Origin: an uncultured Alphaproteobacteria bacterium
GTDB lineage: Bacteria > Pseudomonadota > Alphaproteobacteria > Rhizobiales > Xanthobacteraceae
DNA: 64,000 bases
Reading direction: 5' to 3'
Assembly (NCBI GenBank): GCA_963829395.1
Contig: CAWHHX010000002.1
Location: 599,779-663,778, forward strand
The notes under the pieces were generated by a model. The model ran no database searches. It saw only the letters and a list, made by a program, of their open reading frames with translations, and was not told where the DNA came from. Each line of letters starts with the position of its first letter. Positions within the stretch are counted from its first letter, which is position 1. Made by a program: the position numbers and the translations under genes. Of this stretch, positions 42,907 through 58,623 are shown piece by piece.

Positions 42907-43090
42907 CCAGAGATCAGCAACCGCGTTGTCGCCCCGCGCGGACCCAACACTTAGCCCACATCTCGCCCACATCTTGACCGCGCAGAGGGACGCTGCAACA
43001 ACTTTGTCATGGTCAGCGCGCCTGCTCGTCGGCGCGCGATCCGAATAAAGCCCGGGGACGAGGCTAGGTTCATAAGGGGAGTGTCTTTCT

Positions 43091-44366
43091 GTGGAACGTG
43101 CAAACTACCTGTTCACGAGCGAGTCTGTGTCGGAAGGACATCCCGACAAAGTCTGCGACCAGATTTCGGACGCCATTCTCGACGCGTTTCTTGAGAACGA
43201 TCTCAAGCTCGGCATCGCCGACGAGAGCAAAGTCAATACCCGGCTTGGCTGCGAGACTTTGTGCACGACCAACAAAATCATCATCGCCGGCGAGGGGCGC
43301 GGCCAGGCGCCGCTGTTCCACAAACACGGCGACAAGGCGGTGGTCAACCGCGAGCTGATCACGGAAACCGCCCGCCAGGTGGTGAAAGACATCGGCTACG
43401 ACCAGGATCGGATTCTCCTATTATGGCGCCGACGTCGAAGTGCTGCTGCACGGCCAGTCGCCGGACATCGCCATGGGCGTCGACGCGAAAAAGAAGAAGA
43501 GCGGCGACGAAGAAGGCGCCGGCGATCAAGGCATGATGTTCGGCTTTGCCTGCACCGAGAGCGAGGTCTACGAAAAAGGCTCGTTCATGCCGGCGCCGAT
43601 CTATTTTGCGCACAAGATCCTCAAGGTGCTGTCGGAAAAGCGCCGGTCCGGCGCGCTGTTCGATCTGCAGCCTGATGCCAAGAGCCAGGTGACGGTGAAA
43701 TACGTCGACGGCAAGCCGGTCGGCTGCACCAAGGTGGTCGTGTCGACGCAGCACAACGCGCAGACCCGCAACGGCAAGAAATATTCGCCGGGCATGGTCA
43801 AGGACATGATCAGCGACGCGGTCGAGGAGGCTTTGCCGGAAGGCTGGATGCCGAGCCGGCCGAGCGACTTCCTGGTCAATCCGACCGGCAATTTCGTTGT
43901 CGGCGGCCCCGACGGCGACTGCGGCCTGACCGGGCGAAAGATCATCGTCGACACCTACGGCGGCTACGCGCCACATGGCGGCGGCGCTTTCTCCGGCAAG
44001 GATCCGACCAAGGTCGATCGCTCCGCCGCTTATGCCGCCCGCTATCTGGCCAAGAACGTGGTCGCCGCCGGCCTCGCCGACAGCTGCACCATCCAGATCG
44101 CGTATGCGATCGGCGTTGCCGATCCGATGTCGGTTTATGTCGACACCCACGGCACCGGCAAGGTCGAAGAGGCCAAGCTGCAAAAGCTGCTGCCCGAGCT
44201 GTTTCCGTTGCGGCCGACCAATATTCGCCGCGCGCTGAAGCTCAATCGCCCGATTTATCGGCGCACTGCGGCCTACGGCCATTTCGGCCGCGCGCCGGAA
44301 AAGGACGGCGGTTTCTCCTGGGAGCGGACCGACCTCGCCGACGCGCTCAAGCGCAGCCTGCGTTAA
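43091..44366 (+). pseudogene. metK: S-adenosylmethionine synthase, reading frame broken by one extra nucleotide at about 43409
   Basis: GTG 43091 gives [34 protein letters not shown]... up to ...KDIGYDQD. Track ORF 43440..44366 and its upstream extension read [25 protein letters not shown]...[12 protein letters not shown]...[21 protein letters not shown]...[20 protein letters not shown]. Skipping C 43409 (CAG GAT [C] GGA TTC) gives 424 codons. Confidence 0.92.
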
Positions 44367-44508
44367 GCCTTGGCTTGCCAAAACGCGCTAACCAGCACGG
44401 CGGATCTCGACAATCCGCCGTGTCTTGATTTGTTGGCCGCCCCTCCCACATTGGCGGCGGAACGAAATCGCGCACCGTGGATTGCCGAAGCGAACGGAAC
44501 TGATCGAT

Positions 44509-44736
44509 ATGAAAGCACCATTCGCCGGACTCGTATTGGCTTTGGCATTCGCGGCAACGACAATGCCGGCCGATGCCAAAGGGTGCATCAAAGGCGCCTT
44601 CATCGGCGGCGTCGCCGGTCACTATGCCGGCCACCACGGTCTGGTCGGTGCGGTGGGCGGGTGTTTGGTCGGCCGTCATATGGCCAGACAGCACCAGAGG
44701 GACATGCAAAATTCCTCGCCCGACCAAAGTCGTTGA
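44509..44736 (+). CDS. small secreted glycine-zipper protein
   Basis: This is the inner part of track ORF 44425..44736. ATG 44509 gives MKAPFAGLVLALAFAATTMPADA (signal peptide), then GCIKGAFIGGVAGHYAGHHGLVGAVGGCLVGRHMA (GxxxG repeats). Confidence 0.5.
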   Translation: MKAPFAGLVLALAFAATTMPADAKGCIKGAFIGGVAGHYAGHHGLVGAVGGCLVGRHMARQHQRDMQNSSPDQSR

Positions 44737-44838
44737 CGATAAGGTCATTGACGATAGCCTGAGACTTTGGCCGGTCTGTTGGACGGCATTTGCCGGCTTC
44801 CGTTTACGCGCAGCTTGTATTTGCCCGGGCCGGATTCG

Positions 44839-45543
44839 ATGACGACGGCGGTGGACCCCGAAACGCATCAGGCGCGGGCTTTTTTTGGCCGGCGCAAAGG
44901 TCATAAGCTGCGCCAACGGCAGGCGGCGTTGATCGAAACGCTGCTGCCGCGGCTCGCGATCGACATTGCCCAGCCGGCTCCCGCCGAACTCGCTGCGCTG
45001 TTTCCGCTACCGACGAGCGAGGTCGCGCTCGAGATCGGCTTTGGCGGCGGCGAGAACATGATCGCGCAGGCCGCGGCGCAACCGCAGATCGGATTGATCG
45101 GCGTCGAGCCCTTCGTCAATGGCATGGCCAAGGCGCTCGCGGCCATCGACGCCGCCGGTTTGCACAACATCCGCCTGCATTTTGACGACGCCACAAGCTT
45201 GATCGCCTGGCTGCCGACCGCGTCGCTGACACGGATCGACCTGATCCATCCCGATCCATGGCCAAAACGACGGCACTGGAAGCGCCGTTTCATTCAAGAC
45301 GCGACGATCGCGCAATTCGCCCGCGTCCTGCGGCGCGGCGGCGACGTGCGCTTCGTCACCGACATCGCCGACTATGCCGCCTGGACGTTGCGGCATTTCA
45401 TCCGATCGGCAGACTTCACATGGACTGCGCAACGCGCCGACGATTGGCGTAACGCGTGGCCGGATTTCGCCGGCACGCGCTATCATGCCAAAGCGGCGCG
45501 CGAGCAGCGCCCGTCGTGCTTCCTGATTTTTCGTCGCGTCTAG
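44839..45543 (+). CDS. trmB: tRNA (guanine-N7)-methyltransferase
   Basis: This is the inner part of track ORF 44767..45543. ATG 44839 gives a sequence including FFGRRKGHKL...LEIGFGGGE...GVEPF.NG....I..... and the hallmark FPDPWPKRRH-type motif (HPDPWPKRRHWKRRF). Confidence 0.85.
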   Translation: MTTAVDPETHQARAFFGRRKGHKLRQRQAALIETLLPRLAIDIAQPAPAELAALFPLPTSEVALEIGFGGGENMIAQAAAQPQIGLIGVEPFVNGMAKALAAIDAAGLHNIRLHFDDATSLIAWLPTASLTRIDLIHPDPWPKRRHWKRRFIQDATIAQFARVLRRGGDVRFVTDIADYAAWTLRHFIRSADFTWTAQRADDWRNAWPDFAGTRYHAKAAREQRPSCFLIFRRV

Positions 45544-45583
45544 TGAACAGCCGGCGCCGGCATTATCATTGGCCTTGCCGGAA

Positions 45584-46663
45584 TTACTGTCCCTGCCGGA
45601 CCTGCCAAAAACGGACCACGCGTTGCGCGGTCGAGGCCGAGAGCCGTCCGTAATTGCCGAAGGCGGCATCGAGGCCCTGCACCGATGTCCCGGCTCCGTC
45701 GGCGCGCGCCACGATGACTGCTTTCACCGTGGGCCAAGTTAGATCAGCGGCCTTGCACAAGATCAGGATTGGATCGGGCCGGTCGCCGCCCATCAGCCGG
45801 TCGGCGATTTTCATCGGCACCTTGGCGAGCGTCGCCAGCGCGACCACCGTCTCTTCGAATTTGCCTTCGTTGCAGAACGACATCAGAGCGCCTTCGTCCA
45901 AACGGTTGGCGCGATCGAGGTTCAGCACGACGCGTTGCGCGGCGCGGTAATCGCGCGGGCCGACACGAGCGCCGACTTCTTTGGAAACCTTGGCGAGGAT
46001 GTCGCAGATCGCCGCCCGCACTTCCGGCGTCGCCGCGGCGATCAGCCGGCGGTGCACCACGGCGGTCGCTTTAGTCAGCAGGTCGCGGAACATCGGCGCA
46101 GGAATGTCCGGCCGGAGGCCAACCTTCTCGGCCAAGATCCCGTCCTCTTCGGCGCGCTTGACCAGGCGGTAAAAGCCTTTTTCCGAGATGCGGGCGCTGC
46201 GATTGTCGGCGACGCGGCGGGCGACGTCGCGATTGCCGCGCCGCACCAGCACATCGGTCACGGCTTCGCCGAGCGGCCGGCGCGCCGAGATGGCGTGCAA
46301 GTGGGCTTGCCCCTTGGTGCTGGCGAGATCGACCAGGTCGGCTTCGGCCAGACGCGGTGCGAATTTCAGCACCGGCCCGGCGACGGCGATGTCGTCGTCG
46401 TTGGCGAGCGTGCGCAGCACCTTGACCGGCGCATTGGTTACCGGCGCCAGGTGGTTGGCGAGCTCGGCGCGCGCCTTGGTCTCGATCTCTTCGATGAGGA
46501 CGCCGAATACCTCATCGAACAGATCGACATGCTCATCGTTGTAACGGCTGGCGCCGTCGAGAAACAGCGCCGTGATGCGCGCCAGCGTTTCGGTGCGCTT
46601 CTCGCGCGAGCCGCGCTGGACAACGTCTTCAAGCTCGGGAATTAACGAGCGGGTAGCGCCCAT
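45584..46663 (-). CDS. DUF2336 domain-containing protein
   Basis: Track ORF 45584..46675 begins at TTG; ATG is at 46663. It is a helical-repeat protein (ARITALFLDGASRYNDEHVDLFDEVFGVLIEEIETKARAELANHLAP....LRTLANDDDIAVAGPVL), as I recall for DUF2336. Confidence 0.7.
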   Translation of the reverse strand: MGATRSLIPELEDVVQRGSREKRTETLARITALFLDGASRYNDEHVDLFDEVFGVLIEEIETKARAELANHLAPVTNAPVKVLRTLANDDDIAVAGPVLKFAPRLAEADLVDLASTKGQAHLHAISARRPLGEAVTDVLVRRGNRDVARRVADNRSARISEKGFYRLVKRAEEDGILAEKVGLRPDIPAPMFRDLLTKATAVVHRRLIAAATPEVRAAICDILAKVSKEVGARVGPRDYRAAQRVVLNLDRANRLDEGALMSFCNEGKFEETVVALATLAKVPMKIADRLMGGDRPDPILILCKAADLTWPTVKAVIVARADGAGTSVQGLDAAFGNYGRLSASTAQRVVRFWQVRQGQ

Positions 46664-46990
46664 ACCAAGGTTCAACGGTCAAATGGCCAGGGATCGGAAA
46701 TTCTGGCCGATTATTTTCTGGCCTATTCTTGATTACTGGTTACCGGCTACTGATTACCGATCCCTGAATGGCCGATCCCGTTGCTGATCCCCCAATTGGT
46801 GGTCCCTGAATTACTGATTACTGATCCCTGAACGGGCCTTGCAACGTCTTAGGGAAAGGCTATATTCGGCGCGTCCGTCATGGATACCTCATAACGGTCG
46901 GTTGATCCGAACGGTTTGTGAGAGTGGGCCCCCCGGGACCCGCTCTTTTTTATTACCTGAGGCCCGACGGTTCTTTGCCGGACGTAACGA

Positions 46991-47090
46991 GAGCATGATC
47001 CGGAAAAGTGGAAGCCATTTTTCCGAACCGATCATGCTCCAGCAAAAAGTGGAACGCCGGTCGTTCAAGACGAAGCGATCGCGTTCTAGT
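46991..47090. repeat. palindromic element, family C plus an adjacent second hairpin
   Basis: GAGCATGATCCGGAAAAgtggaagccaTTTTTCCGAACCGATCATGCTC, followed by GAACGCC...GCGTTC. It translates to the spurious [18 protein letters not shown] stretch that inflates track ORF 46839..47822. Confidence 0.5.
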
Positions 47091-47111
47091 GCAGGACAAA
47101 GTTTAGGAAGC

Positions 47112-47822
47112 ATGGACGACAGGCCGACAGCCTTTGCCGAAGAACCGCGGCTGATCACCGAGCCGGGACGAGCGGCGCGCGTTGCCGCGATCGCCGAGCC
47201 GGTGCTCGCCGGTCTCGGCTATCGGCTGGTTCGCATCCGTATTTCCGCCGCCGCCGGCTGCACCGTTCAAATCATGGCGGAGCGGCCGGACGGAGCGATG
47301 GCCATCGAGGATTGCGAGGCCGCCTCGCGCGCGCTGTCGCCGGTGCTCGATGCCAGCGATCCGATCGAAGGCGCCTATCGCCTGGAAATCTCGTCGCCCG
47401 GCATCGACCGGCCGCTGGTGCGCCGCTCGGACTTCGATCGCTATGCCGGCCATATCGCGCACGTCGAGATGCTAGCGCCGATCGACGGCCGCAAGCGCTT
47501 CCGCGGCGAATTGCTCGGCACGCAGGGCGACTGCGCGCGGGTTCGCTTCGGCGAGCCGGTCGCGGGCGAAAATCCGGAAATCCTGCTGCCGATCGAAGAC
47601 ATGATGGAAGCACGGCTTGTTCTCACCGATGCGCTGATTTCGGAGTCGCTACGGCGGAGCAAGCGCGGCGACAAGCTTGAAGAACGCCCTGCCCGAACCG
47701 ACGCAAGCGGCGGGCGGCAGGACCTGCAACGACGACCGGCGGCGCCACGCCCGAGCCAATCGGACGCGCCGACCAACGCAAGGGAGATTGATGATGGCGA
47801 CGGTAAGCGCCAACAAACTTGA
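47112..47822 (+). CDS. rimP: ribosome maturation factor RimP
   Basis: This is the inner part of track ORF 46839..47822. ATG 47112 follows AGGAAG. Sequence: [22 protein letters not shown]....[46 protein letters not shown]. It lies immediately upstream of nusA, with a 32-nt overlap. Confidence 0.85.
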   Translation: MDDRPTAFAEEPRLITEPGRAARVAAIAEPVLAGLGYRLVRIRISAAAGCTVQIMAERPDGAMAIEDCEAASRALSPVLDASDPIEGAYRLEISSPGIDRPLVRRSDFDRYAGHIAHVEMLAPIDGRKRFRGELLGTQGDCARVRFGEPVAGENPEILLPIEDMMEARLVLTDALISESLRRSKRGDKLEERPARTDASGGRQDLQRRPAAPRPSQSDAPTNAREIDDGDGKRQQT

Positions 47823-49401
47823 GCTTCTGCAGATCGCCGACGCGGTCGCCCGCGAAAAGGCGATCGATCGCAAGATCGTGCTCGGCGCCATGGAGGATGC
47901 AATCGCCAAGGCCGCGCGCTCGCGCTATGGCAGCGAGACCGAGGTGCGCGCCGAGATCGATCCGAAAAGCGGCGAGCTGCATCTGTCCCGGCACATGCTG
48001 GTGGTGGATGCCGTCGAGAATCCGTCGTTTCAGATCAGCCTCGAAGATGCGCGCCGGCGCCATCCGGCGGCGCAAATCGGCGACACCATCGCCGACCCGC
48101 TGCCGCCGCTCGAATACGGCCGCATCGCCGCGCAGTCCGCCAAGCAGGTGATCGTGCAGAAGGTGCGCGAGGCCGAGCGCGACCGCCAATACGAGGAATA
48201 CAAAGACCGCATCGGCGACATCGTCAACGGCATCGTCAAGCGCGTCGAGTACGGCAACGTCGTGGTCGATCTGGGCCGCGGCGAAGCCATCGTTCGCCGC
48301 GACGAGATGCTGCCGCGCGAAGTGTTCCGCAACGGCGATCGCATACGCGCCTATATCTACGACGTTCGCCGCGAGCAGCGCGGGCCGCAGATCTTCCTGT
48401 CCCGCACGCACCCGCAATTCATGTCGAAGCTGTTTGCGCAGGAAGTCCCGGAAATCTACGACGGCATCGTGGAAGTCAAAGCGGTGGCCCGCGATCCCGG
48501 CTCGCGCGCCAAGATCGCGGTGGTGTCGCGGGATTCCTCGGTCGATCCGGTCGGCGCCTGCGTCGGCATGCGCGGCTCGCGCGTGCAGGCCGTGGTCAAC
48601 GAGCTGCAGGGCGAGAAGATCGACATCATCCCGTGGTCGCCCGACATCGCGACCTTCGTCGTCAACGCGCTGGCGCCGGCGGAGGTCGCCAAGGTGGTGC
48701 TCGACGAGGAACGCGAGCGCATCGAGGTGGTGGTGCCCGACCAGCAGCTTTCGCTGGCCATCGGCCGGCGCGGCCAGAATGTGCGTCTCGCCTCGCAACT
48801 CACCGGCTGGGACATCGACATTCTCACCGAGCAGGAAGAGTCGGAACGCCGTCAGGCCGAATTCGAAAATCGCACGCGCATGTTCATCGACTCGCTCAAT
48901 GTCGACGAGGTGATTGGACAATTGCTGGCATCCGAGGGCTTCACCTCGGTGGAGGAGCTCGCCATGGTCGACACCAAGGAAATCGCCGGCATCGAAGGCT
49001 TTGACGAGGATACCGCCGGCGAACTGCAGACGCGGGCGCGCGAATATCTGGCCAAGATCGAGGCCGAGCTCGACGCCAAGCGCCAGGAACTCGGCGTCGC
49101 CGACGAACTCAAGGAGGTGCCGGGCGTCACCACGGCGATGCTGGTCCGCTTCGGCGAGCACAGCGTCAAGACGGTCGAGGATCTCGCCGGTTGCGCGACC
49201 GACGACCTGGTCGGCTGGACCGAGCGCAAGGACGGCGAGACCGTGCGGGAAGCCGGCATTCTCGACGGCTTCGATCTGTCCCGCGAAGAAGCCGAGGCTT
49301 TGGTCATGCAGGCGCGTGTCAAAGCCGGCTGGGTCAGCGAAGCCGACCTCGCACCGCCGCCGCCCGCCGAGGAAGCGGCGGTGACCGAGGCGCAAGCCTG
49401 A
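47791..49401 (+). CDS. nusA: transcription termination/antitermination factor NusA
   Basis: This is the inner part of track ORF 47677..49401. ATG-ATG at 47791 follows AAGGGAG. Sequence: [36 protein letters not shown]..., with S1 and KH domains ([44 protein letters not shown]). Confidence 0.95.
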   Translation: MMATVSANKLELLQIADAVAREKAIDRKIVLGAMEDAIAKAARSRYGSETEVRAEIDPKSGELHLSRHMLVVDAVENPSFQISLEDARRRHPAAQIGDTIADPLPPLEYGRIAAQSAKQVIVQKVREAERDRQYEEYKDRIGDIVNGIVKRVEYGNVVVDLGRGEAIVRRDEMLPREVFRNGDRIRAYIYDVRREQRGPQIFLSRTHPQFMSKLFAQEVPEIYDGIVEVKAVARDPGSRAKIAVVSRDSSVDPVGACVGMRGSRVQAVVNELQGEKIDIIPWSPDIATFVVNALAPAEVAKVVLDEERERIEVVVPDQQLSLAIGRRGQNVRLASQLTGWDIDILTEQEESERRQAEFENRTRMFIDSLNVDEVIGQLLASEGFTSVEELAMVDTKEIAGIEGFDEDTAGELQTRAREYLAKIEAELDAKRQELGVADELKEVPGVTTAMLVRFGEHSVKTVEDLAGCATDDLVGWTERKDGETVREAGILDGFDLSREEAEALVMQARVKAGWVSEADLAPPPPAEEAAVTEAQA

Positions 49402-49430
49402 AGACAAGCCTGAAGGAACAAAACGAACGC

Positions 49431-50108
49431 ATGATCGCTGCCGCGCAAGATACCGATCTCGCCGCCGCGCTCGACCGCGGACCCCACGCCGCGCAACGCG
49501 TGCGGCTGTGCGCGGCGACGCGCGCGGTGCAGCCGGTTTCGGACTTGATCCGGTTCGTCGTCGGGCCGGACGGCGAGGCGGTTGCCGATATCAAGAGCAA
49601 GCTGCCGGGCCGCGGCCTCTGGGTCACCGCCACCCGCGACGCGGTCCTCGAGGCGATCAAGCGCAAAGCCTTCGCCCGCGGCTTCAAGCGCGAGGTCCGC
49701 GTGCCGTCCGACCTGGCCGACCGCACCGAACGGCTCCTGGAGCGAGCCGTCCTTGATGCTTTGGCCATGGCCGGCAAGGCGGGCCTGGTGGCGACCGGCT
49801 TCGGCAAGACGGAGGCCGCCCTGGAGCGGGACGACGTTATTGGGCTTTTGCACGCCGCTGCGGCCTCTGCCGACGGGACCCGCAAGCTCGCTGCGGCATC
49901 GCGCCGCCATCGATCCGAGGCGCCCCCCGTTGTGATCGGATTCCTGAGCGCGGCGCAATTGGATTTGGCATTGAACCGTACAAATGTGGTACATGCTGCC
50001 CTGCTCGCCGGTCCTGCGAGCGAAACCTTTTTGGCGCGCTGCCGGCGCCTCGAACGGTTTCGCGCCGGCGGTCAGCATCATCAGGCCGGAGAGGCTGTGC
50101 CGAACTAA
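49431..50108 (+). CDS. YlxR/DUF448 RNA-binding protein fused to an L7Ae-like domain
   Basis: This is the inner part of track ORF 49191..50108, starting at ATG 49431. Sequence: RLCAATRAVQPVSDLIRFVVGPDGEAVADIKSKLPGRGLWVTATRDAV. It occupies the conserved slot between nusA and infB. Confidence 0.75.
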   Translation: MIAAAQDTDLAAALDRGPHAAQRVRLCAATRAVQPVSDLIRFVVGPDGEAVADIKSKLPGRGLWVTATRDAVLEAIKRKAFARGFKREVRVPSDLADRTERLLERAVLDALAMAGKAGLVATGFGKTEAALERDDVIGLLHAAAASADGTRKLAAASRRHRSEAPPVVIGFLSAAQLDLALNRTNVVHAALLAGPASETFLARCRRLERFRAGGQHHQAGEAVPN

Positions 50109-50129
50109 CCGGCCGGGGACACGACGCGT

Positions 50130-52730
<2,601 letters not shown>

Positions 52731-52860
52731 GTTCAAATCTCACGTTCGCGGTCCGGTCTTGGGTCATCGTTGCCGCGTAACCGGCAGTCCCGACACAAAC
52801 GTTCACAGGCAATAGCAACGAGATGTGCGGGCCAGGCCCGCGCACGAGCGCAGTAAGAAG

Positions 52861-53271
52861 ATGCCGCGTCACCACCAACGTGCTCAATCCGCCGGCGGCT
52901 CGCAGCGCCAATTGCGCGTCGGCGAGCTCATTCGCCATGAGCTGGCCGGCATGCTGACGCGCGGCGACGTCCACGATCCGGTGATCGAGGCGCACCTGAT
53001 CACGGTGCCGGAAGTGCGCATGAGCCCGGACTTGCGGCTGGCGACGATCTACATCGTGCCGCTCGGCGGCCGCGACGAAAAGGACGTGCTCGCCGCACTC
53101 GATCGCAACAAGCGCTATATGCGCGGCGAAATCGCGCGGCGCGTTAACTTAAAATTTGCTCCTGAAATTCGCTTTCGCATTGACGAACAATTCGACGAAG
53201 CGGAACGGATCGAGAAGCTTTTGCGAACACCCGACGTACAACGCGACCTCGGCGACAAGAAAGACGAATAA
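52861..53271 (+). CDS. rbfA: 30S ribosome-binding factor RbfA
   Basis: This is the inner part of track ORF 52825..53271, starting at ATG 52861. Sequence: [18 protein letters not shown]..........[19 protein letters not shown]. Confidence 0.9.
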   Translation: MPRHHQRAQSAGGSQRQLRVGELIRHELAGMLTRGDVHDPVIEAHLITVPEVRMSPDLRLATIYIVPLGGRDEKDVLAALDRNKRYMRGEIARRVNLKFAPEIRFRIDEQFDEAERIEKLLRTPDVQRDLGDKKDE

Positions 53272-54332
53272 TGTCGACAATCATCATGGCGGATGCGCGC
53301 GGCGAGGATGACCGCACTGCCGAAGTGGCGGCCACCGTCGAGGCTAATGCCAAGTCGCAGGACAAAAACGCCAACAAGAAGCCGCCAAAGCGCGACGTTC
53401 ACGGCTGGGTGGTGCTCGACAAGCCGGTCGGCATGACGTCGACCCATGCGGTCGCGGTCATCAAACGCCTGTTCGCGGCCAAGCGCGCCGGTCACGCCGG
53501 CACGCTCGATCCGCTGGCGTCGGGATGCCTGCCGATCGCGCTCGGCGAGGCCACCAAGACCGTTCCGTTCGTGGTCGACGGCCGCAAGACCTATATCTTC
53601 ACTGTGCATTGGGGGCAGGAGCGCGACACTGACGACGCGGAAGGACGCGTCGTGCAGACCAGCGCAAGCCGTCCCGACCGGGCGGCGATCGAGGCGCTGC
53701 TGCCGCGTTTTGTCGGGACGATCGAGCAGGTTCCACCGCGCTTCTCCGCCATCAAGATCGATGGCGAGCGGGCCTATGACCTGGCGCGCGAAGGCGAGAC
53801 CGTCGAGATCGCCGCCCGCCCGGTAACCATATACCGGCTTGAGCTCCTCGATATGCCGGATCCGGATCATGCCGTGCTGGCGGCTGAATGCGGCAAGGGC
53901 ACTTACGTACGGGCGCTCGCCCGCGACCTTGGCCGGGCGCTTGGCGGCTTTGGCCATGTTTCCGCGCTGCGGCGGAGCCGCGTCAATCCCTTCACCGAAA
54001 ACGACATGATTTCGCTGGAACGACTTGAGTCTTTGTGCCATAGAGCGGCCGCTGGCGAGGGAAATCTCGCCGATATGCTACTGCCGGTCGAGACCGCGCT
54101 GGACGACATCCCGGCGCTGGCCGTAAGCCCGGCAGATGCGGCGAGGCTCCACAAGGGTCAAACCGTTTTATTGCGCGGACGGGACGCTGCCGTCATCCGC
54201 GGCACGGTCCAGGTCGCTTCGAGCGGAGCGCTCGTAGCAATTGCCGAGATCGATCGCGGTGAGATCGTCCCCAAGCGCGTGTTCAATTTGAACGGCGTGA
54301 CAGGTCGCGCCGATAGACAAAAAGGTTGGTGA
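53271..54332 (+). CDS. truB: tRNA pseudouridine(55) synthase
   Basis: 353 aa. Sequence [51 protein letters not shown] (catalytic Asp motif). The TAATG overlaps the rbfA stop. Confidence 0.9.
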   Translation: MSTIIMADARGEDDRTAEVAATVEANAKSQDKNANKKPPKRDVHGWVVLDKPVGMTSTHAVAVIKRLFAAKRAGHAGTLDPLASGCLPIALGEATKTVPFVVDGRKTYIFTVHWGQERDTDDAEGRVVQTSASRPDRAAIEALLPRFVGTIEQVPPRFSAIKIDGERAYDLAREGETVEIAARPVTIYRLELLDMPDPDHAVLAAECGKGTYVRALARDLGRALGGFGHVSALRRSRVNPFTENDMISLERLESLCHRAAAGEGNLADMLLPVETALDDIPALAVSPADAARLHKGQTVLLRGRDAAVIRGTVQVASSGALVAIAEIDRGEIVPKRVFNLNGVTGRADRQKGW

Positions 54333-54334
54333 CG

Positions 54335-54604
54335 ATGTCGATTACGACCGCACGTAAGGCGGAGGTTATCCAGACGTACGCCGTGAAGTCGGGTGATACG
54401 GGTTCGCCGGAAGTCCAGGTTGCGCTTCTTTCGGAGCGCATCAACAACCTGACCGATCACTTCAAGACCCATATCAAGGACAACCACTCGCGCCGCGGGC
54501 TGCTTAAGCTCGTGTCGCAGCGCCGGCAAATTCTCGATTATCTCCGGCGCACGAACGAAGGGCGTTACAAAGAGTTGATCGAACGGCTTGGTATTCGCCG
54601 TTGA
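54335..54604 (+). CDS. rpsO: 30S ribosomal protein S15
   Basis: This is the inner part of track ORF 54326..54604. ATG 54335 gives [70 protein letters not shown]. Confidence 0.95.
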   Translation: MSITTARKAEVIQTYAVKSGDTGSPEVQVALLSERINNLTDHFKTHIKDNHSRRGLLKLVSQRRQILDYLRRTNEGRYKELIERLGIRR

Positions 54605-54852
54605 AGAAGATTGCGCGCGGGACATCCCGTGCGCGTCGTGGCGGAGCGCATCAGGCGCCCGCTCGTATGTGCGGCAGCAAAGCTGCCGATTGAACGACGG
54701 GCCAAAGGTCCGTCCCTATCAATGGAAGGTCCGAAGGCCATGGCAGGATCGCCGGATGCTGGTGGGGCATTGCCGCTTCGCTGCGCCGACAGTGTCTCGC
54801 CGTCTTGCTTATGGCTTTCGCATCTCCGTGAAAACCATGAGAGACAATCGCA
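54605..54852 (+). promoter_or_regulatory. structured rpsO-pnp intercistronic leader
   Basis: Several stable hairpins are visible: CGCGCGGGA-ca-TCCCGTGCG (about 54612-54632), CGGCAGC-aaa-GCTGCCG (about 54673-54689) and GACGGGCC-aaa-GGTCCGTC (about 54697-54715). In E. coli the equivalent leader is the RNase III/PNPase autoregulation site; the same function here is inference only. Confidence 0.35.
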
Positions 54853-57018
<2,166 letters not shown>

Positions 57019-57043
57019 CCGCCGTCAACGATTGAAAGTGCTG

Positions 57044-57071
57044 AAAGGCGGCCGGTAAGGCCGCCTTTTTT
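57044..57071. terminator. rho-independent terminator between the converging pnp and emrB genes
   Basis: AAAGGCGGCC-ggtaa-GGCCGCCTTT forms a 10-bp stem followed by a run of six T (57066-57071). On the opposite strand the stem is likewise preceded by a run of A, so it may be bidirectional. Confidence 0.7.
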
Positions 57072-57084
57072 GTTGCTCTCGATA

Positions 57085-58623
57085 TCACTCGACGACGGCG
57101 ATCGGCTCGGCCGCGCCCCCGGCCGGCGGTCGCCGAAACACCAAGAGCAGCGGAATCACCGCGAGCGTCGCGATCATCAGCAATTTGTAGTCGTCGATAT
57201 AGGCGATGATCTGCGCCTGCCGGGTGATCACCGCATCGAGCGCCGCGCGCCCGGCGGCCGTCAACGGATTCCACGCTTGCGCGATCAGCGGGTTTTCGAA
57301 CGCGCGATTGACCGCGTTGACGTTGGGGACGATGGCGGCATGGTTCGCCTGGGTGTTTTGAATCAAGAGCGTATTGACCACCGAAATGCCGACGCTTGAC
57401 CCGATGTTGCGCGACAGGCTGAAAAAGCCGGCGCCCTCGGTCCGCTCCGCGAGCGGCAGCGTCGCCAATGTCGCCGCGCTGAGCGGCACGAACAGGAAGC
57501 CAAGACCGGCGCCCTGAACCAGCGTAACGCCGATGATCGTTCCTTGCGAAACGTCCGGCGTCCATCCGGTCATGGCATTGAACGACCAGGCGGTGAGCGC
57601 CAGCCCGATAACGAGAAGATAGCGGGTATCCACCCGCCCGACGAAACGGCCGACGATCAGCATGGAAGCCATGGTACCGATGCCGCGGGGGCCCATGACC
57701 AGGCCCGCGGTGATGACCGGATATCCCATCAGCCCCTGCAGGTACGGCGGCTGCAGCGCCATCGAGGCGTAATACGTCAGGCCGACGATGGCGATGAACA
57801 AAACGCCGGCGGTGAAATTTCGGTCGCGGAACAAAGACGGTCTGACGAACGGCTTTTCTGCGGTAAAGGTGTGGACCAGGAACAGATAGAATGCCGAAGC
57901 GGCGACGACGGCTTCGATGATGATTTCGCCGGAACTGAACCAATCCTGTTGCTCGCCGCGGTCAAGCATGATCTGCAGGCCGCCGATGGCGACGCTCAAG
58001 GTGCCAAAGCCGAACCAGTCAAGCTTGGCACCGGCGTTGCGCGGCGTGTCGGGGAGGAAAATCATGATGCCGATCATGTCGAGAATGCCGATCGGCAGGT
58101 TGATGTAGAAGACATAGCGCCAGCTGTAATTCTCGGTGAGCCAGCCGCCGAGCACCGGCCCGAGCACCGGACCGACCATGACGCCCATGCCGAACAGCGC
58201 CATGGCAAAACCCTGCCGCTCGCGAGGATACGAGCCGAGCAGCACGGTTTGCGAGAGCGGAACCAGCGAGGCGCCGAACGCGCCCTGCAGAACGCGAAAC
58301 AACACGATCTGCGTCACCGACTGCGCCATGCCGCACAGCATCGACGCCACCGTGAAGCCGCCGATGGCAACCAAAAAAAGCCGCTTGAGACCGAACCGGC
58401 CGGCCAGGAAGCCGGTCGGCGGCGTCATGATCGCGGCGGCGACAATGTAAGACGTCAGCACCCAGTCGATCTGGTCCTGGCTGGCGGCGACGCTGCCCTG
58501 CATATAGGGCAGCGCGACATTGGCGATCGTGGTGTCGAGCGCCTGCATCAGCGTCGCGAGGATGACGCAGACGGTGATCGCGGCGCGATTGCCGCCGATC
58601 TCTGAGGAAGCCGCGGCGGCCAT
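57085..58623 (-). CDS. emrB: MFS multidrug efflux transporter, DHA2 (EmrB/QacA) family
   Basis: 512 aa and 14-TMS-like. The N-terminal motifs are VILATLMQALDTTIANVALPYMQGS and GRFGLKRLFL. The start overlaps the emrA stop (TAATG). Confidence 0.85.
   Translation of the reverse strand: MAAAASSEIGGNRAAITVCVILATLMQALDTTIANVALPYMQGSVAASQDQIDWVLTSYIVAAAIMTPPTGFLAGRFGLKRLFLVAIGGFTVASMLCGMAQSVTQIVLFRVLQGAFGASLVPLSQTVLLGSYPRERQGFAMALFGMGVMVGPVLGPVLGGWLTENYSWRYVFYINLPIGILDMIGIMIFLPDTPRNAGAKLDWFGFGTLSVAIGGLQIMLDRGEQQDWFSSGEIIIEAVVAASAFYLFLVHTFTAEKPFVRPSLFRDRNFTAGVLFIAIVGLTYYASMALQPPYLQGLMGYPVITAGLVMGPRGIGTMASMLIVGRFVGRVDTRYLLVIGLALTAWSFNAMTGWTPDVSQGTIIGVTLVQGAGLGFLFVPLSAATLATLPLAERTEGAGFFSLSRNIGSSVGISVVNTLLIQNTQANHAAIVPNVNAVNRAFENPLIAQAWNPLTAAGRAALDAVITRQAQIIAYIDDYKLLMIATLAVIPLLLVFRRPPAGGAAEPIAVVE

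Noticed and set aside
42907-43090. SAM riboswitch (SAM-II or SAM-SAH type) in the metK leader.
   Set aside because: I could not recognise the conserved core or pseudoknot of either class by eye. A covariance-model scan (Rfam/Infernal) would be needed, so no call is made.
46839-47111. N-terminal 91-codon extension of the rimP ORF.
   Set aside because: The extension is a translation of palindromic repeat family C ([18 protein letters not shown]...). The RimP homology starts at ATG 47112, which has its own AGGAAG ribosome-binding site.
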